In this document: positions 58,949 to 64,000 of the stretch, one piece after another
Position numbering within the stretch: position 1 is the first letter of the stretch
Layout of the letters: each line of letters opens with the position of its first letter
Source of the DNA: Gammaproteobacteria bacterium
Lineage (GTDB): Bacteria > Pseudomonadota > Gammaproteobacteria > CBDBNL01 > JAAOII01
DNA: 64,000 nt
Direction: 5' to 3'
NCBI GenBank assembly: GCA_965209035.1
Contig: OZ242372.1
Location: 864,001 to 928,000 of the forward strand
Made by a program: the position numbers and the translations under genes
The notes under the pieces: generated by a model
Database searches by the model: none
What the model saw: the letters and a program-made list of their open reading frames with translations, nothing else
What the model was told of the DNA's origin: nothing

Positions 58949-60631
58949 TCAATAATCGATTACATAAAAAGGCAGGCGAATCTGCTTGCGTGTCCAAATA
59001 TTCCTCAGAAAATAGTAATGCTCTATTCTCTTTAATTTGTCCCGGGTAATTTCCGGTCGGCTGTAAGGACCTCCCCTTTTTAGCAGGATGTAAGATAACG
59101 CCAGATTGTTACCTCTCGGTCTGAGACCAACCTGCCGCACCGCATAATTTTCGCGAACATAGGGCCAGTGTTTGCTGTTTTGCAGATGCTCCCAAACATA
59201 GCTGTCCACATACAAATAGCGGATATGGTGCTTTTCTTCAAACTCTTTCAATTTTTCCGGGGCGACTCGCTGCAAATGAGCGCAGGTCATAAACGCATAA
59301 TAACAAAGGGACTTGGTTTGCGGACCGGGTCTGTAATAAAAAATCCTCTCCTCGGGATGCCGACGATCTTCTCCTATCAGGGTCCCAATAAGATCCCCGC
59401 CGGGGAATTGTGTATTAAATTGGGCGGTAACCGATTTGTTAATCTGCGCATAGCCGGCAAACGGAATCAGGACGGCAAAATAAACAACGGGTCTTATGTC
59501 GGGGAACTTCGTGGCAAGCAGTTTTAACGGCTGGTAAAAAAGATACCCGGCCGCGATTGCCAAACCGAAAGTGAAAGACAGACTGTAGTAATTTTGTCCC
59601 TTAAGAAAATGACCGAAAATAGAATAAGTGAGCATAATGCCAACAAAATATAAAAGAAGGAAACCCTTGATTTTGTTTCTTGTGACCATACACAACAAAA
59701 AGCCGAACAAAGCGGAGAACAGGAAAAAATTATTGTAAGAAGTAAAAAATACATCTTTGTGGCTGCGCCAGTGACCGCTCCAATAAGCGGGGTCCAAAAA
59801 CCTGAACGGCTGCACGATACCCCAAGTGCCGATTGGTCCGCGCCAATTGAAATACAAGTTCGTCTTTTGCAGCACGAACAAGAACCCGACAAATAACACA
59901 ACAAAAGAAAGAAAACCGGCGAGCAGAAACCATCTGCGTTTGAAGTTTTTGTAAAAGTCGGCATAAGGGAATACACCGAAAAGGGCAATGATCGGGAGAA
60001 CATACGGCATCTTAATCATACCGGCAAGGGCCAAGGACGCACCCGCCGAAACGGAATACTTCCATCTGTAATGATTGTCTCGCCAAAGTAAAAACAACCA
60101 AAAAGATAACATCATAAAAAAGTTTCCCGGTGCCGCTTCGTTAATAGTTCTGCCGAAAAAGATCGTCAAGGGCATCAGCGTCCAAACAACCGAAACAGTG
60201 GCGGCAAACAGTTTGTCCGAACAAATACGACGGACAATGCCATAACCCAGCAGGACGCTTAGTAACATATAAAGCACCATCTGAATACGAATTAACGCGA
60301 TGCTCTCGCCAAACAGCCCCCAACTGAGTGCCCCGACGACAGATATAAACGCCAACTGCGGATTTTCAAAACAGGGGCGGTCGCGGGTCCCTTCGTGATG
60401 CAGAATCTGCTTGCAGGTGGAAAATCCATTGTGGTAATAGTCTTTGGTGACCGCCAGCCACTCGTTTTCTTTTTCGTTGTGAAATCCCACGCTCGGATAA
60501 TCCAACGCGAAAGAACGCATATAAAGCGTCAAACCAATCAGGCAGCACAGAAACAAACAGAGTTTCCAATTTGCCGCCAAATAACGCAAACCGGATTGGT
60601 AAAAAGCAGAGAAAGAAAAATTGACTTTCAT
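58949..60631 (-). CDS. GT-C fold (ArnT/PMT-like) membrane glycosyltransferase
   Basis: Multiple TM helices with an acidic loop (HNEKENEW) after TM1. Confidence 0.65.
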   Translation of the reverse strand: MKVNFSFSAFYQSGLRYLAANWKLCLFLCCLIGLTLYMRSFALDYPSVGFHNEKENEWLAVTKDYYHNGFSTCKQILHHEGTRDRPCFENPQLAFISVVGALSWGLFGESIALIRIQMVLYMLLSVLLGYGIVRRICSDKLFAATVSVVWTLMPLTIFFGRTINEAAPGNFFMMLSFWLFLLWRDNHYRWKYSVSAGASLALAGMIKMPYVLPIIALFGVFPYADFYKNFKRRWFLLAGFLSFVVLFVGFLFVLQKTNLYFNWRGPIGTWGIVQPFRFLDPAYWSGHWRSHKDVFFTSYNNFFLFSALFGFLLCMVTRNKIKGFLLLYFVGIMLTYSIFGHFLKGQNYYSLSFTFGLAIAAGYLFYQPLKLLATKFPDIRPVVYFAVLIPFAGYAQINKSVTAQFNTQFPGGDLIGTLIGEDRRHPEERIFYYRPGPQTKSLCYYAFMTCAHLQRVAPEKLKEFEEKHHIRYLYVDSYVWEHLQNSKHWPYVRENYAVRQVGLRPRGNNLALSYILLKRGGPYSRPEITRDKLKRIEHYYFLRNIWTRKQIRLPFYVIDY

Positions 60632-60848
60632 AAGACTATTATGAATTATCTATGAATTGTCGGGCGAGAGTGATATGAAAATTATTTGCATTCAATGATG
60701 GACGAATGTCGGCATCCGAAATAACAGACCGAACAGAATCCGGCATTTGCACCCTTTGGAAAAATATCCGGGCAGCAAGGCGAATCGCAAAAGAAAATAT
60801 CCTTCTCACGCTCCCGTTCCCAAGTTAAACTCTTTAACTTATTATTTG

Positions 60849-61190
60849 TTACTTGGGAGGTCCTTCCGCCGCTTGCCGCACCTCAATAGAACATTTCTGA
60901 GCGGCTGCGGGGCTGCGGGCAGCTATCTCGGCTGCGGCATCCAAACTGTCCGCCTTAACCACCGTATAGCCCATGACAAACATCCCGTCCTTGAACTCGG
61001 CTCTGCCGTCGACAATGCCGTCTGCGGAAACGAGTTTGGCATCCGCGATAAATCCGGCACCCATATCAACAAGAGAGCCGTCGGCTTTGATCTTTTCAAA
61101 CCACTCCATCCAGGCTTTCATTCCTTCGCCGGGATGTTCCGACACAGGGCCGCCGGGCGGAGCACGATAAATAAATGTGTAATTTTTCAT
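60849..61190 (-). CDS. YciI-family protein
   Basis: AWMEWF, VDG...EFK...GYTVVKADSLDAAAEIA..SP...IEVR. Confidence 0.8.
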   Translation of the reverse strand: MKNYTFIYRAPPGGPVSEHPGEGMKAWMEWFEKIKADGSLVDMGAGFIADAKLVSADGIVDGRAEFKDGMFVMGYTVVKADSLDAAAEIAARSPAAAQKCSIEVRQAAEGPPK

Positions 61191-61569
61191 TTGATTTTGA
61201 TTTTAATTAAAAAGTTAAATAATAAATGATTAAGACCGCTCTCCCGCATAGGAGGAACAGGTCATAACCTTATTAAGGATTATATCACAACCGAGCGGGG
61301 CTTTTTTTAAGTTAAGCACAACACAGATTTCGGTTGTTTGAATAAAGCGGTACGGAAATCCGTTTTCGTCATATGTACTCATATGATACGATGTGCACAC
61401 TTTTGGGTGTGTTTTCGGATTGGTTTTGTGGTTTTGGGGGAATAAGATTGCAATAAAAGATGATGTGGTTTTTGATTCTCACATAATCTCTTGAATCTTT
61501 GTTTGTAATAATAAGTGATGTAAATTTTTAGAGCCAACTCAAGCGCACAAATACGAGTGTTCGTCGTAA

Positions 61570-64000
<2,431 letters not shown>

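Overview
Bacterial (probably gammaproteobacterial) chromosomal window with scrambled housekeeping genes (murB, mutT-like, hemE, dxs, infA, gltB, ruvA, dnaK, ampD, gabD, pssA, rpiA, znuA, ald), the 3' part of a 23S rRNA gene with no 5S behind it, four DNA methyltransferases (two with intact nuclease partners, one with a decayed partner), three large repeat-rich surface lipoproteins, IS481 and IS1595 remnants, duplicated pentapeptide-repeat genes and three YHS genes. This content resembles marine invertebrate or sponge symbionts, but that is inference. The most striking signal is not a gene. At least seven gene boundaries carry direct repeats built from the termini of the flanking genes. These range from one extra copy (mutT/hemE, sugar dehydrogenase/gabD, where the copy separates a convergent overlap) to arrays of 5-6 copies on both sides of dxs. 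Two pairs of separated gene-end copies each enclose a cassette of IS481 plus a paralogous adhesin. All calls come from reading motifs by eye; no database searches were run.
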